Below are positions 23,182-33,914 of a stretch of 64,000 bases of DNA, piece after piece. Position 1 is the first letter of the stretch; the number at the start of each line of letters is the position of its first letter. The DNA is from Planctomycetota bacterium (GTDB lineage: Bacteria; Planctomycetota; SZUA-567; H5-PLA8), in the NCBI GenBank assembly GCA_038227875.1, contig JBBRPR010000004.1, positions 76,830 through 140,829 of the forward strand. Reading direction: 5' to 3'. The notes beneath the pieces are model-generated. The model searched no databases. It was not told where the DNA came from and was given only the letters and a program-made list of their open reading frames with translations. A program made the position numbers and the translations under genes.

Positions 23182-23252
23182 GCGGATTTTTTGCGCGGGC
23201 GGGCTAGAAGGCAGAAGCAGTCGGCAGGATCGCAGGCGTTGGGAATCGATTC

Positions 23253-23726
23253 ATGGCGGAAGCTGAAAAGTCAGAGCGGCTACAGTTTTCATTGCTGACA
23301 ATGTTTGTCGTCGCTCTTCTTGCCGGCGGCGTTCTGGGAATTTCAGTGGCCATATATAAAGTGATTCAGGATGACGGCAACGCTGCACAAACACGTCATG
23401 CGACCGATAGCGCTTTTCGAGTTGTCGAGCGCTTCATGGAGGCGCATCCAGGCCAGTGGCCTCAATCCTGGCGCGAACTGGAAACCGTAAAGGATCCAAG
23501 CACCGGAAAACCAATGGATTTGTATACTATTCAAAGACGTGTCAAAATTGACTTCACGCTCGGACTTGAAGATCTGGAAAAGCAGTCGGAAAGCACTTTC
23601 ACTGCAATTCAAGCCATTGGTCCCACGTATTCTGATTCGGAGAGCGCCAACCAAGCCAACCAGATCATTGAGTTGGCGAAGAAGTACGTCAAACTTCAGG
23701 CTCATGCGCCAGTATCGCAAAAATAG
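23253..23726 (+). CDS. Hypothetical membrane-anchored protein (157 aa)
   Basis: N-terminal TM segment FSLLTMFVVALLAGGVLGISVAIY. Slightly lower GC. Immediately upstream of the giant gene. Confidence 0.5.
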   Translation: MAEAEKSERLQFSLLTMFVVALLAGGVLGISVAIYKVIQDDGNAAQTRHATDSAFRVVERFMEAHPGQWPQSWRELETVKDPSTGKPMDLYTIQRRVKIDFTLGLEDLEKQSESTFTAIQAIGPTYSDSESANQANQIIELAKKYVKLQAHAPVSQK

Positions 23727-23859
23727 CGTTTGGACGCGCCGGGGTCGTTCCGAAGTCTGGTTTGGGACGCTAATTACCCGAAATGTGTGCAACGAATGCC
23801 GGGGTGCGGGGTCTAAAGTCGCAAATCGTCTGACGGGATTACTAAAAGGGAGCACCATC

Positions 23860-26800
23860 ATGTCAAATTCGCGAATACCTCTGGTTCTGTTCGTGGCGCT
23901 GCTGGCGGGGGCGGCGCGGGGGAACGAAGTCGGGTACGTGGAGGATTTTGCGCTTTCGGCCAACCGCGGGGATACGCTCAAGCAGCTCATTCCCGGATCT
24001 GAAGATTACTACTATTACACCTGCCTGACGTACCAGCAGACCGGCGCGTTCGACAAGGTCGACGAGCTGCTCAAGCTGTGGATTGAACGCCACGGGCGCA
24101 CGGCGCGCGTCGAAGAGATCGTCAACCGCAACGCGCTGCTGGCGTACGAAAAGGACCCGAAGAAGTCGCTCGACTTTCTGCGCTGGCGGCTGGGCTTGAA
24201 CTTCGATCACCGCAAGGAAATCATCGACCAGAAGCCCAACCAACCCACGCGCCTGGATCCCGCCGTGATCGCGAGCGAGACGATGACCCGCGACGCGCTC
24301 AATCATTACGGCAACCTGCAGGGCATCGAAGATTCGGCGCTGGAACTGCTTTCGCAGCAGAAGCTGACCGGCGAACAGCGCCGCGAACTGCTCGGCCGAT
24401 TGCATCGCCCGGACCTGACCAACATGGTCCAGCTGGTGATGGAAGATTTGCGCTACAAGTACAGCTCGGGTTTCGGTTCGATGGAAATCCACAGACAGAT
24501 GACGCTCGCGCAATTGGACGAACTGGTGAAGGCCATGCCGGAGCTGGCCAACCAGGTGAATTTCATCGGCGCCTACCTGACCAAGCTGCAGCCGACGCCG
24601 GACGTCGACGCGCAGTTGAACGCGAAGGAGCGGCTGGCGTGGTTCGACCGCGTCTGGGCGTTTGTGGCGAAGTTGCAGCCGGCGCACAATTCTCTGAAGG
24701 CGCACGTCCTCTTCCACCGCCTGGAATTCGACCGCACGCAGGGCGTGTACGACAAGGACCGCTTCATGGAATACCTGAAGCTTCCGCGCCCCACCGCTTA
24801 CATGCGGCCGGAGTACCTGCAGCGCACGTACCAGATCAATGGCGGCCAGGCGCAGGCGAATTTGAATCAGGATTTCTCGGCGTCGACGCTGATGGTCGTG
24901 GTCAACACCGACGACGAATTGGTCCGCGATTACCTGCTCCACTTCTTTCAGAAGGAAGAGGACTTCGCGCCGTACCTGGTCTACGTTCGCGACGATTATA
25001 TCAAGGATATCTTCGCGGAAGCCAAGATCGTCAACGGCATCGGCGACATGGAGAAGTGGTATTCGCTGCTGAACAACCCCACGCGCTACCAGGCGCTGAA
25101 AGACCGCGTCGACATCGATTTCGCGCCGGAGAACAAGCACTTCTTCACGGCCAACGACGCGGTGAGCCTCGACGCCGACGTCAAGAACGTGAAGACGCTG
25201 ATCGTGAAAGTGTTTGAAATCAACGCGCTCAATTATTACCGCGAGAAGAACCGCGAAGTCGACACGTCCATTAATCTCGACGGACTGGTCGCCAACGACG
25301 AGAAGACCTTTACCTACGACGAAGCGCCGCTCCATCGCGTGCGCCGCCATTTCGATTTTCCGACGCTGAAGAAGCCCGGCGTGTACGTCGTAGAATTCAT
25401 CGGCAACGGCACCAGCAGCCGCGCGCTGATCCACAAGGGGAAGCTGCGATTCATCGAGCACACCGGCACGGCCGGGCACGTCTTCAGCGTGATGGATGAA
25501 GAGAACAAGCCGGTGAAGGACGCCAGCATCTGGATGGCCGGGCGGGATTACACGGCCGACAAGGACGGCGAGATCCACATTCCCTTCAGCACCGCGCCGG
25601 GACAGCAGACGATCGTGCTGCATCAGGGCGAGTTTGCGAGCTTCGACACGTTCGACCACAAGGGCGAAGTCTACACTCTGAACGCCGGGTTCCACGTCGA
25701 CCGCGAAGCGCTGCTCAAGCGGCAGAAAGCCAGCGTGCTGGTGCGGCCGGAGCTGACGCTGACGGGCAATCTCGCCACGGTGGGATTGCTGGAAGAAGTG
25801 ACGTTGCAGATCCAGACGACCGATCGCGATGGCGTGGGGACGACCAAGGAAATTCCCGACTTCAAGCTTTTTGACGACAAGGAATCGGTCTACGAATTCT
25901 CGACGCCCGACAACATCATCCAGATCGGCTTCACACTGCGGGCACGGGTGAAGAGCCTGACGCTGCAGAAGAAGATCGACCTGGCCACGTCGCGTACGTT
26001 CGGCCTCAACCGCATTGACCTGTCGGAGAAGATCGAAGCACTGCATCTCAATCGCACGGCTGACGGGTACTTCCTGCAGCTGCTGGGCAAGACCGGCGAG
26101 ACCAAGGCCGACCGGCCCGTGTCGCTGAACTTCAAGCACGTCGATTTCCGCGAACCAGCGCACGCGGCGCTGCAGACCGATGCCGACGGCAAGATCGTGC
26201 TGGGCCAGCTGCCCGACATTATGCTCGTGAGCGCCACGCTGCAGGACGGGCAGGCGTACTCGTGGATCCTGCCGCGCGACAATCACAATTATCTTTCGAC
26301 CGTGCACGGCAAGCCCGCGCAGGCGATCCATCTGCCGTACATGGGCAGCGAAAAAGCGCCGACGCGCGCGGAGTTCTCGCTGCTGGAGCTGCGCGGTTCG
26401 CAGGCCGACGGCACGGGTACGTTTGTGCGCGATTGCTTCGAGAATCTGGCGATCGCCGACGGCTTCGTGGAGATCAAGGGCCTGACGGCCGGCGACTACT
26501 CGCTGCTGCTGAAGAAAGCCAACGAGCTCGTGTTGATCCGCATCACTGATGGCGAAATCCGCGACGGCTACGCGCTGGGCGACGTCCGCACGCTGGAAAT
26601 CAACAACGCCGAACCGCTCCAGATCACCAGTGTCGACGCCAACGCCGACACGCTCAAGGTTCAGCTCAAGAACGTGACGAAGTACACGCGCGTGCATGTC
26701 GTCGCCGACCGCTTTCTGCCGGCGTATTCGATCTTCACGCAGCTCTCGACGCCCGGCCTGCAGGAACCGGAGAGCGTGGTCTGGACGAAGATGATTTCGC

Positions 26801-29800
26801 ATTACCTGACCGGCCGCAACATTGGCGATGAGTACCGTTACATTCTGGAACGGCGCTACGCGCCGAAGTTCGCCGGCAACATGCTGGCGCGGCCGAACCT
26901 GCTGCTCAATCCGTTCACGCTGCGCACGACCGACACGGCGCAGGACGATCTGAACGGCCAGGGCAATTTCGGTTCGCGTTCCGGCGGCGGACGGCGAGCG
27001 ATGATCACGCGCCACGGTGGAACCCGCGCCGACGAGACCGATTCGGCGCCGTGGGCGAATCTGGATTTCCTGCCCGAGCCGTCGACGCTGCTGGCCAATC
27101 TGGTGCCGGACAAGGACGGCGTGGTGAACATTTCGCGCAAGGACCTCGGCGCGCACCAGAACGTCCGCATCGTGGCCGTCGACACGCAGAACACGGTCGT
27201 GCGCGACGTCGCGCTGCAGGAAGTTGCGCTGAAGCCCAAGGACCTGCGCCTGGCGACGGGCCTGGACCCGGCCAAGCACTTCACCGAGCAGAAGGAAATC
27301 ACGCTGCTCAACGCGGGGCAGTCGCTGGTGATGGACGACATCACCACGTCGAGCCTGGAGTCGTTCGACACGCTGCGCAAGGTCTATGGACTCTACACGA
27401 CGCTCAGCCGTGACCCGCGCCTGAGCGAGTTCGCGTTCATTCTGGAATGGCCGAAGCTGAAAGACGACGAGAAGCGCGCGGCGTATTCCAAGTACGCGTG
27501 CCATGAATTGAATTTCTTCATCTACAAGAAAGATCCGGACTTCTTCAAGGCGGCGCTGCTGCCGTACCTGAAGAACAAGAAAGACAAGACGTTCATGGAC
27601 CACTACCTGATCGGCGACGACATGACGGCATACACGCAGCCGTGGAATTACGATCGCTTGAACACGGTCGAACAGATCCTGCTCGCGCACCGCGTTCAGG
27701 CGGAGCTGAATCCGGCCGTGCGCCACGCGAAGGAAATTTACGATCTGATGCCGCCGGACATCGAGCGCTTCAATTTCCTCTTCAAGACGGCGCTGCAGGG
27801 GAATGCGCTTGAGACGGCTGATGGCGTCGGCTTCCGCGAAGCGACGGGGAAGATTGTCGACAACAACCGCAAGTTGAACGACGCCCGCGATCAATTGAGG
27901 GCGAGTAATGAGGAGGGCAAGGCGGATGCTGCGCCCGCCGCCAACGGATTTGCGCTTGGTGGCGCTGCCGGACAGCCCAGCAACGGGCCTGCGTCGCCAC
28001 CGCCCCCGGCCGTTGCCGCCGCGAGACCCGCCGCACCCGCGAAAACCGAGCAGTTGGCCAAAAAGCTGGCTGACCAACGTTCCGACAAGAATAAGAGCGG
28101 CGAATTTAAAGAGCGTGAAAAGTTGAAGGACGCCGCCAAGAAGCCGATGGCGCAGGCGGCTCAAAGAGCTGCGGAGGCGGACGACGCCAAGGCGGACAAG
28201 CAGCAATTGGAGGGCTTGGCCGTCGATCTCGAAAGCCGCGACCAGGCGCAGCAACAGATGCTCTACCGGAAGCTCGACAAGACCGAGGAGCTTGCTGAGA
28301 ACAATTACTTCAAGCTGCCGATCGAACAGCAGCTCGCGTCACTGGTGACGGTCAACGCGTTCTGGAAGGACTTCGCGGCCAACGCCAACAAGGGACCGTT
28401 CCTTTCGGGGAACCTGGCCGAAGCGTCGCGCAACTTCACGGAAATCATGTTCGCGATGTCGGTGCTGGACCTGCCTTTCGAAGCCGGCAAGCACGCTTCG
28501 GAATTCGCGGCGCAGAAGATGACGCTCAACGCCAAGAGCCCGATCGTGGCGTACCACAAGGAGATCAAGGAAAGTCCCGCGGCGGAGAAGACGCCGGTGC
28601 TGGTCAGCCAGAATTTCTACCGCGCCGACGACCGCTTCCGCTTCGAGAACAACGAACGCTTCGACAAGTACGTCACCGACGAATTCCTGGTGCATGTCGT
28701 CTACGGCTGCCAGGTGGTGCTGACCAATCCGACGTCCTCACCGCAGAAACTGGATCTGCTGCTGCAGATCCCGCGCGGAGCGATGCCGGCGACCAACGGT
28801 TTTTACACCAAGGGGCCGTTCGTGCAGTTGGCGCCGTATTCGACGACGACGTTCGATTACCACTTCTACTTCCCGCTGCCGGGCGAGTTCACGCACTATC
28901 CCGTCCACGTTTCACGCAACGGCAAGATGATCGCGTCGGCCGCGCCGGTGATTTTGAAGGCCGTCGCCAAGCTGACGAAGATCGACACCGAGTCGTGGGA
29001 TTACATCTCGCAGAACGGCACGGACGAGCAGGTGATCACCTACCTGGATGCCAACAACATCCACCGCATCAATCTCGATCGCATCGCCTGGCGCATGGGC
29101 AACGCGGCGATGTTCAAGAAGGTCACCGAGCTGCTGACCCGCCGCCACGATTACAACAATACGCTCTGGTCGTACGCGATCGTGCACAACGACGTCCCGG
29201 CGATCCGTGAATTCCTGGCGCACGCCGATGGCTTCGTGGCGCAGACGGGGCTGTGGCTGGAAAGTCCGCTGCTGGCGATCGATCCGGTGGCGCGCAATTT
29301 CTATCAGCACCTGGAGTACAGCCCGCTGGTCAACGCGCGCGCACACCGGCTGGGCAAAGAGAACAAGATCCTCAACGACCGATTCTACGAGCAGTACGAA
29401 CGGATCCTGCATGTCCTGAAGTACAAGCCGGAACTCAGCGACGCCGACCGGCTCTCGGTCTCCTGCTACATGCTGCTGCAGGACCGCGTCGCCGACGGAC
29501 TGGCGATGTTCGCGAAGGTCAATCCGGAAAAGATCGCGACGAAGATCCAGTACGATTACGTAAAGGCGTTCGGCGACTTCTATTCCGACGAACACAAGAC
29601 GGCGCGCGAAGTGGCGGCGACGTACAAGGACTATCCGATCGACCGCTGGAAGAACCGCTTCGCCGATATCGTCGCGCAGCTGGACGAAGCGGCGGGCAAG
29701 AACGCCGTGGCCATCGACAAGGAAGACCGGACGCAGGCGATGGGCCAGCTGGCGGCCGGCGAGCCGAGCTTTGAGTTCAAGATCGACGGCAAGAAGGTGC

Positions 29801-30336
29801 ACGTGAACTTCCAGAACCTGCAGGGTGCCGAGGTCAATTTCTACCCGATGGACATCGAGCTGCTCTTCTCGAGCAACCCGTTTGTGCATGACGTCAACGA
29901 TCAGTTCTCGTTCGTGAAGCCGGTGAAGACTACGACGCTGAAGTTCCCGGAGAAGACGAAGGAGTTCGAATTCGACGTGCCGCCAGAGTTCCTCAATTCG
30001 AACGTGATGATCGAGCTGAATGCCGCCGGCACGCGGAAGTCGCAGGCGTATTACGCCAACGCGATGACCGTGCAGACGATTGAGAACTACGGGCAGGTCA
30101 AGGTCGTCAACCCAAAGACCGAGGCGCCGATGCCGAAGGTGTACGTGAAGGTTTACAGCAAGATGAAGGACGGCGAGGTGCGCTTCTACAAGGACGGCTA
30201 CACGGACCTGCGCGGCCGCTTCGATTACGCGTCGCTGAGTACCAACGAACTGGACAACGTAGCGCGGTTTGCGGTGCTGGTGATGAGCGACACCGACGGC
30301 GCGATCGTGCGCGAGGCGAATCCGCCGAAGCGGTAA
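23860..30336 (+). CDS. Giant secreted protein (2158 aa) of unknown family
   Basis: RBS AAGGGAG, then the ATG at 23860. Signal peptide MSNSRIPLVLFVALLAGAARG. An alpha-helical N-terminal ~500 aa, then multiple beta-sandwich-like repeats, then a low-complexity Ala/Pro/Lys/Gln-rich central segment. No catalytic motif recognised. Confidence 0.85.
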   Translation: MSNSRIPLVLFVALLAGAARGNEVGYVEDFALSANRGDTLKQLIPGSEDYYYYTCLTYQQTGAFDKVDELLKLWIERHGRTARVEEIVNRNALLAYEKDPKKSLDFLRWRLGLNFDHRKEIIDQKPNQPTRLDPAVIASETMTRDALNHYGNLQGIEDSALELLSQQKLTGEQRRELLGRLHRPDLTNMVQLVMEDLRYKYSSGFGSMEIHRQMTLAQLDELVKAMPELANQVNFIGAYLTKLQPTPDVDAQLNAKERLAWFDRVWAFVAKLQPAHNSLKAHVLFHRLEFDRTQGVYDKDRFMEYLKLPRPTAYMRPEYLQRTYQINGGQAQANLNQDFSASTLMVVVNTDDELVRDYLLHFFQKEEDFAPYLVYVRDDYIKDIFAEAKIVNGIGDMEKWYSLLNNPTRYQALKDRVDIDFAPENKHFFTANDAVSLDADVKNVKTLIVKVFEINALNYYREKNREVDTSINLDGLVANDEKTFTYDEAPLHRVRRHFDFPTLKKPGVYVVEFIGNGTSSRALIHKGKLRFIEHTGTAGHVFSVMDEENKPVKDASIWMAGRDYTADKDGEIHIPFSTAPGQQTIVLHQGEFASFDTFDHKGEVYTLNAGFHVDREALLKRQKASVLVRPELTLTGNLATVGLLEEVTLQIQTTDRDGVGTTKEIPDFKLFDDKESVYEFSTPDNIIQIGFTLRARVKSLTLQKKIDLATSRTFGLNRIDLSEKIEALHLNRTADGYFLQLLGKTGETKADRPVSLNFKHVDFREPAHAALQTDADGKIVLGQLPDIMLVSATLQDGQAYSWILPRDNHNYLSTVHGKPAQAIHLPYMGSEKAPTRAEFSLLELRGSQADGTGTFVRDCFENLAIADGFVEIKGLTAGDYSLLLKKANELVLIRITDGEIRDGYALGDVRTLEINNAEPLQITSVDANADTLKVQLKNVTKYTRVHVVADRFLPAYSIFTQLSTPGLQEPESVVWTKMISHYLTGRNIGDEYRYILERRYAPKFAGNMLARPNLLLNPFTLRTTDTAQDDLNGQGNFGSRSGGGRRAMITRHGGTRADETDSAPWANLDFLPEPSTLLANLVPDKDGVVNISRKDLGAHQNVRIVAVDTQNTVVRDVALQEVALKPKDLRLATGLDPAKHFTEQKEITLLNAGQSLVMDDITTSSLESFDTLRKVYGLYTTLSRDPRLSEFAFILEWPKLKDDEKRAAYSKYACHELNFFIYKKDPDFFKAALLPYLKNKKDKTFMDHYLIGDDMTAYTQPWNYDRLNTVEQILLAHRVQAELNPAVRHAKEIYDLMPPDIERFNFLFKTALQGNALETADGVGFREATGKIVDNNRKLNDARDQLRASNEEGKADAAPAANGFALGGAAGQPSNGPASPPPPAVAAARPAAPAKTEQLAKKLADQRSDKNKSGEFKEREKLKDAAKKPMAQAAQRAAEADDAKADKQQLEGLAVDLESRDQAQQQMLYRKLDKTEELAENNYFKLPIEQQLASLVTVNAFWKDFAANANKGPFLSGNLAEASRNFTEIMFAMSVLDLPFEAGKHASEFAAQKMTLNAKSPIVAYHKEIKESPAAEKTPVLVSQNFYRADDRFRFENNERFDKYVTDEFLVHVVYGCQVVLTNPTSSPQKLDLLLQIPRGAMPATNGFYTKGPFVQLAPYSTTTFDYHFYFPLPGEFTHYPVHVSRNGKMIASAAPVILKAVAKLTKIDTESWDYISQNGTDEQVITYLDANNIHRINLDRIAWRMGNAAMFKKVTELLTRRHDYNNTLWSYAIVHNDVPAIREFLAHADGFVAQTGLWLESPLLAIDPVARNFYQHLEYSPLVNARAHRLGKENKILNDRFYEQYERILHVLKYKPELSDADRLSVSCYMLLQDRVADGLAMFAKVNPEKIATKIQYDYVKAFGDFYSDEHKTAREVAATYKDYPIDRWKNRFADIVAQLDEAAGKNAVAIDKEDRTQAMGQLAAGEPSFEFKIDGKKVHVNFQNLQGAEVNFYPMDIELLFSSNPFVHDVNDQFSFVKPVKTTTLKFPEKTKEFEFDVPPEFLNSNVMIELNAAGTRKSQAYYANAMTVQTIENYGQVKVVNPKTEAPMPKVYVKVYSKMKDGEVRFYKDGYTDLRGRFDYASLSTNELDNVARFAVLVMSDTDGAIVREANPPKR

Positions 30337-30346
30337 GCGACACCTT

Positions 30347-30482
30347 GTGCCACGGATGCGCAGACGCTCGAGCGTAGCGAAAGCGTCTGTTCATCCGTGC
30401 GGGACGCTTTGAAATGGCGGTACGTAACGCACGGATGAACGGCTGCTTTCGCTGCGCTCAAGCATCCGCGCATCCGTGGCAC
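30347..30482. repeat. ~136-bp nested-palindrome element between convergent genes (outer 15-bp arms GTGCCACGGATGCGC / GCGCATCCGTGGCAC)
   Basis: Inner hairpins cagacgct...agcgtctg and gttcatccgtgcg...cgcacggatgaac. A partial copy lies at 40789-40850. Confidence 0.6.
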
Positions 30483-30489
30483 CGGAAAA

Positions 30490-32262
30490 TCACGGGGCGC
30501 TGAGGGCGCCGATATCGAGCACGGATTTTTTGGCGCGGGCGCGGCTATTCATCGGGAAAACCTGCTCGCGGTCGATCACGGCTTTCTGCGACTTGCCCGC
30601 GCCGTCGACGAACGTCAGCGCATCGCCGGTCGCGCCGTTGCCCAGGCAGGGCGACGCGGCCTGCAGGTGGTAATCGTGCGCGGCGGCGTTGACGAAAAGC
30701 GGATCGGCGTTGAGCGTCTTGGCCAGTTCCGGCGCGGCGCCGCTGCGGATGCAATTGTTCGTGCCTTTGATTTTGCCGCTCGCGACATTGAACAGCTTCG
30801 GTGAACCGATGAAGATGTTGTTGCTGGCGAAGAGCGCTTCGTCGGGCTTCTCGACCCACACGAATTGGATGCGCTCGGTCGCGGCGAAGAAGGTGTTGTT
30901 GAAGAGATAGAGGTCGCCTTTGCGCGAGCCTTTTTCAGCGCCGAAATCGAGGTACTTCGACGGATTTCCTTTGCGGTCGGCTTTGCTCTTCACCACGTTG
31001 CCAATCATCACGACATTGGAATTCGGCTTGGCGGTGTCTTCGCTTTCCTGAAAGCCGAGTTCTCCTTCTTCGGAATCGGCGATGAAGTTGTACCAGAGCT
31101 CCGTGTAGTGGCCGCGCGTTTTGAAATTCTGCCCGAAGAGCGAGCTGTGGATGTAGCACTCGCGGATGATCATGGCGTTGGCGTTGAGATAGAAGTTGTG
31201 GCTGTAGCCGTCGAAGTCCTTCGTGCCGTTGAAGGCGATCTCGCAGCGTTCGATCACGCCGGTGTCGAGATCGCCGCCCATGATGCCCATGTCGCAATAC
31301 GTGACCTTGCAGTTGCGCAGGATGCCGAAGTGGCTGTTGATGAAGCGCACGCCCGTGCCGTTGTTGCCGTTGCGCGCGTTCTTGATCTCGAACGAATCGA
31401 CGATGCAGTACGAGCCTTCGATCTGCACCGCCGCTCGCGGGGTCGGACCGGCGCCGCTGACGGACACGCCCGTGCAGTCGATCACCGGTCGTTCGCCCTT
31501 CGGGCCGACCATGCCGCGCAGCGTCACTGGCGCGTTGGGCTGGCCGGCGCACTTCATCTTGAACGCTTCCTTGTAGACGCCGGGATCGACGAGCACCGTG
31601 TCGCCGGCCTTTGCTTTGGCCAATCCAGCGGTGATGGTGGCCAGCGGCCGCGTCGGGCCCACGTTGATCACCGGCCCGCTGATCTGCGTCTGGTTCGGAG
31701 GCGGCGTGTAGACTGTGCCGGTCGCGGAGGAGACGGGCTGAGGTTCGGGCGCCTTGGACTTGGCTGTCGTCGCCGGCGCCGGATCGGCGGGCTTCTGCGT
31801 TTTCTGAGTCTGCAGAATGCGCTGCGAGAGATTGAGAATCTTCTCTTTCAGCTCGTCGCTGGGACTGCTGATTTTCGCGAGGATGTCGCAGGCCTTGTCG
31901 TGAAAGCCGAGCATGTTCGCGACTTCCGCCGCGACGACGAGACGTTCGCCCTTGTCGGAAGCGATCGACTTGGCGATGCCGGCGAGGTCTTCGGCGGAGA
32001 TTTCCTTCCACTTCACCGGAAACGGATTGCCTTGCACGTCGACCGTGAGCAGCGCGTCGGTGCAGCTTAAAATTTTGTACGTCTTACGTTCACCCAAAAC
32101 GGTCAGCCACACCGGCGGCTGCTCGCCGGCTTGCAGGACGGTGTCGAGCTGCTCCGAGAGATACGACGCGGTTTCCAGGCGCGTGGATTCTTCGACCGCA
32201 TGCGCCGTCAGCGGCGCGAGCAGAGTCAGGAAAAGAATCACGCAGCCGAAAAGTCGATGCAC
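30490..32262 (-). CDS. Secreted right-handed parallel beta-helix repeat protein (pectate-lyase-like)
   Basis: Signal peptide MHRLFGCVILFLTLLAPLTAHA. Beta-helix repeats (NNIFIGS, NNTFFAA, GNVVKS). The C-terminus resembles that of the 10094-11905 paralog. Confidence 0.8.
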   Translation of the reverse strand: MHRLFGCVILFLTLLAPLTAHAVEESTRLETASYLSEQLDTVLQAGEQPPVWLTVLGERKTYKILSCTDALLTVDVQGNPFPVKWKEISAEDLAGIAKSIASDKGERLVVAAEVANMLGFHDKACDILAKISSPSDELKEKILNLSQRILQTQKTQKPADPAPATTAKSKAPEPQPVSSATGTVYTPPPNQTQISGPVINVGPTRPLATITAGLAKAKAGDTVLVDPGVYKEAFKMKCAGQPNAPVTLRGMVGPKGERPVIDCTGVSVSGAGPTPRAAVQIEGSYCIVDSFEIKNARNGNNGTGVRFINSHFGILRNCKVTYCDMGIMGGDLDTGVIERCEIAFNGTKDFDGYSHNFYLNANAMIIRECYIHSSLFGQNFKTRGHYTELWYNFIADSEEGELGFQESEDTAKPNSNVVMIGNVVKSKADRKGNPSKYLDFGAEKGSRKGDLYLFNNTFFAATERIQFVWVEKPDEALFASNNIFIGSPKLFNVASGKIKGTNNCIRSGAAPELAKTLNADPLFVNAAAHDYHLQAASPCLGNGATGDALTFVDGAGKSQKAVIDREQVFPMNSRARAKKSVLDIGALSAP

Positions 32263-33087
32263 GGATTAGATCCTGGGAAGTCGCGTCGTCGTTGCTTCCT
32301 TGAATACACCGTTGACGATACCGGGAGGGGCATCTGAGTGCCATTTTGTTGTATTATTTACAACTCGTTAACTCTAACGAAATCAAGTCTATGCAACCGC
32401 AGCTCTAAAGGAACTATGTCAATAGCGCTCCAGCTCCTTAAAATAAATGATCTGGATGTTGCCTTGCCGTGCGCATCTCAAACAGTGCGGTGGGTTAAAA
32501 TCGCGTTGACTGCGCCTCCACAGTCACGCGGTTCTTCTACATCAGCAGCGGATACTTTGAGAGTTTCCATGCGATGCTGCGTGACGATCCTGGTGATGTT
32601 TCGCCCTACGAGACGGAGAAGGCTGCGCGCAGAGTTCTGATCGCCCTTTTCTACAATTGCATAAAGTATAACATTGACTTAAGATGGCTTTAATCCTGAA
32701 TCAAAGGCCCGCCCGAATGCGCTCCCCCACGTGCAGCGCTATGCTTTTCTAATACAAAACCAAGTTGCACATGGGCGCCATTAAGGTTTTACACACCATG
32801 TGGTTGTGGATTTTGTACAGGATGTGCAGTTGATCGGACGCAGATTGAGACATGAATCGCGGAAAAATATGTCGCGATTTACGAAATCTAAACTACAGTT
32901 ATGTCGAATGTTTTAGTAACGGCTACATACGCGCGAACTTCCAAAAGGTGGCAGAGAAAAAGCGAGAAAAATTCGCACAGTGCCCCGTGCAATTTTCGCG
33001 GCGCTGGAAGTTTTGAAATGTGGTCCACGCATTGCATTCTCGGGCGTCGAGTCATTCATTTGAACGTTGCACGTGGGAGTCGCAAAA

Positions 33088-33897
33088 ATGAGATTCAATC
33101 GCTTCGCTCATTTGAATCGGTCGCGCGGCTTCACGCTGATCGAATTGATTCTTGTCATCTTCATCATGGCGCTTCTGACGGCCATGACCACGCCGATGCT
33201 CTTCCAGTTTGTGAAGACGACAAAAGTACAACAGACGGTGAAGGCAATCTCCACGTCGCTCTACCGCGCCCGCACGGAAGCGATGCGGACACGAAAAATG
33301 GTGGGCGTGTATTTCGGTGAAGATCCGACCAGCTGCAAAACCCCACCGCTGCCCGGCGTGCTGCCGAGCAAGGGTCGCATTGAAGTTTGGACCGTGCGGG
33401 ATTCCTACGACAGTGGCGACTTTCAGAACGAAGGCGGCTGCATGGGCAGCACAACGCCCTACAATCTTCCGTTCGATGGAGCCAACTGGTATCCGTACCG
33501 CCACCCCGACCGCTGCCTGACGCCCGAACCCATCTCTTATCCCGATGGCGTGCGCATTCTCGCGGGCAAGTTCAGCAACAACGCGACCGCGCCCAAATAC
33601 GTGTTCGGCTGGCCAAAAGACTACATGGCCACGGCCGAAGGCGAAATCAAACGCCACAACATCACGTTCGCCTCGACCGGCGCGATGGCGATGCCCATCG
33701 ACGGTGTGAACAGTTGGTGGAATCTTTTGATTTTCGATGAACAGACCGGCGAATACACCCTGCTCTCCTGTGGCGAATGGCTCACTTCGGCCCGACCGCG
33801 GGTGCTGAACTTTCAGTTGAGCGGACTGTATGGCCCGTCGGGCACGTACTACCCGCTGACCAACAAGCTGGACATTCCGAAGCTCGTCGAACAGTAA
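33088..33897 (+). CDS. Prepilin-type N-terminal cleavage/methylation domain protein (pseudopilin 1, 269 aa)
   Basis: RSRGFTLIELILVIFIMALL has the G/FTLIE class III signal with Glu at +5. GGGAG RBS. Confidence 0.8.
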   Translation: MRFNRFAHLNRSRGFTLIELILVIFIMALLTAMTTPMLFQFVKTTKVQQTVKAISTSLYRARTEAMRTRKMVGVYFGEDPTSCKTPPLPGVLPSKGRIEVWTVRDSYDSGDFQNEGGCMGSTTPYNLPFDGANWYPYRHPDRCLTPEPISYPDGVRILAGKFSNNATAPKYVFGWPKDYMATAEGEIKRHNITFASTGAMAMPIDGVNSWWNLLIFDEQTGEYTLLSCGEWLTSARPRVLNFQLSGLYGPSGTYYPLTNKLDIPKLVEQ

Positions 33898-33914
33898 ACG
33901 CAAAGAGGAACGCC

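Noticed and set aside
23863-28254. 1463-aa ORF antisense to the giant secreted-protein gene
   Set aside because: It lies entirely inside the stronger plus-strand CDS. It is Arg/Leu/Val/Gln-rich, as is typical of GC-bias antisense frames, and has no signal or start context.
30865-32070. 401-aa and 358-aa ORFs overlapping the 30490-32262 beta-helix gene
   Set aside because: They are antisense or off-frame artefacts inside a well-supported secreted-protein gene.
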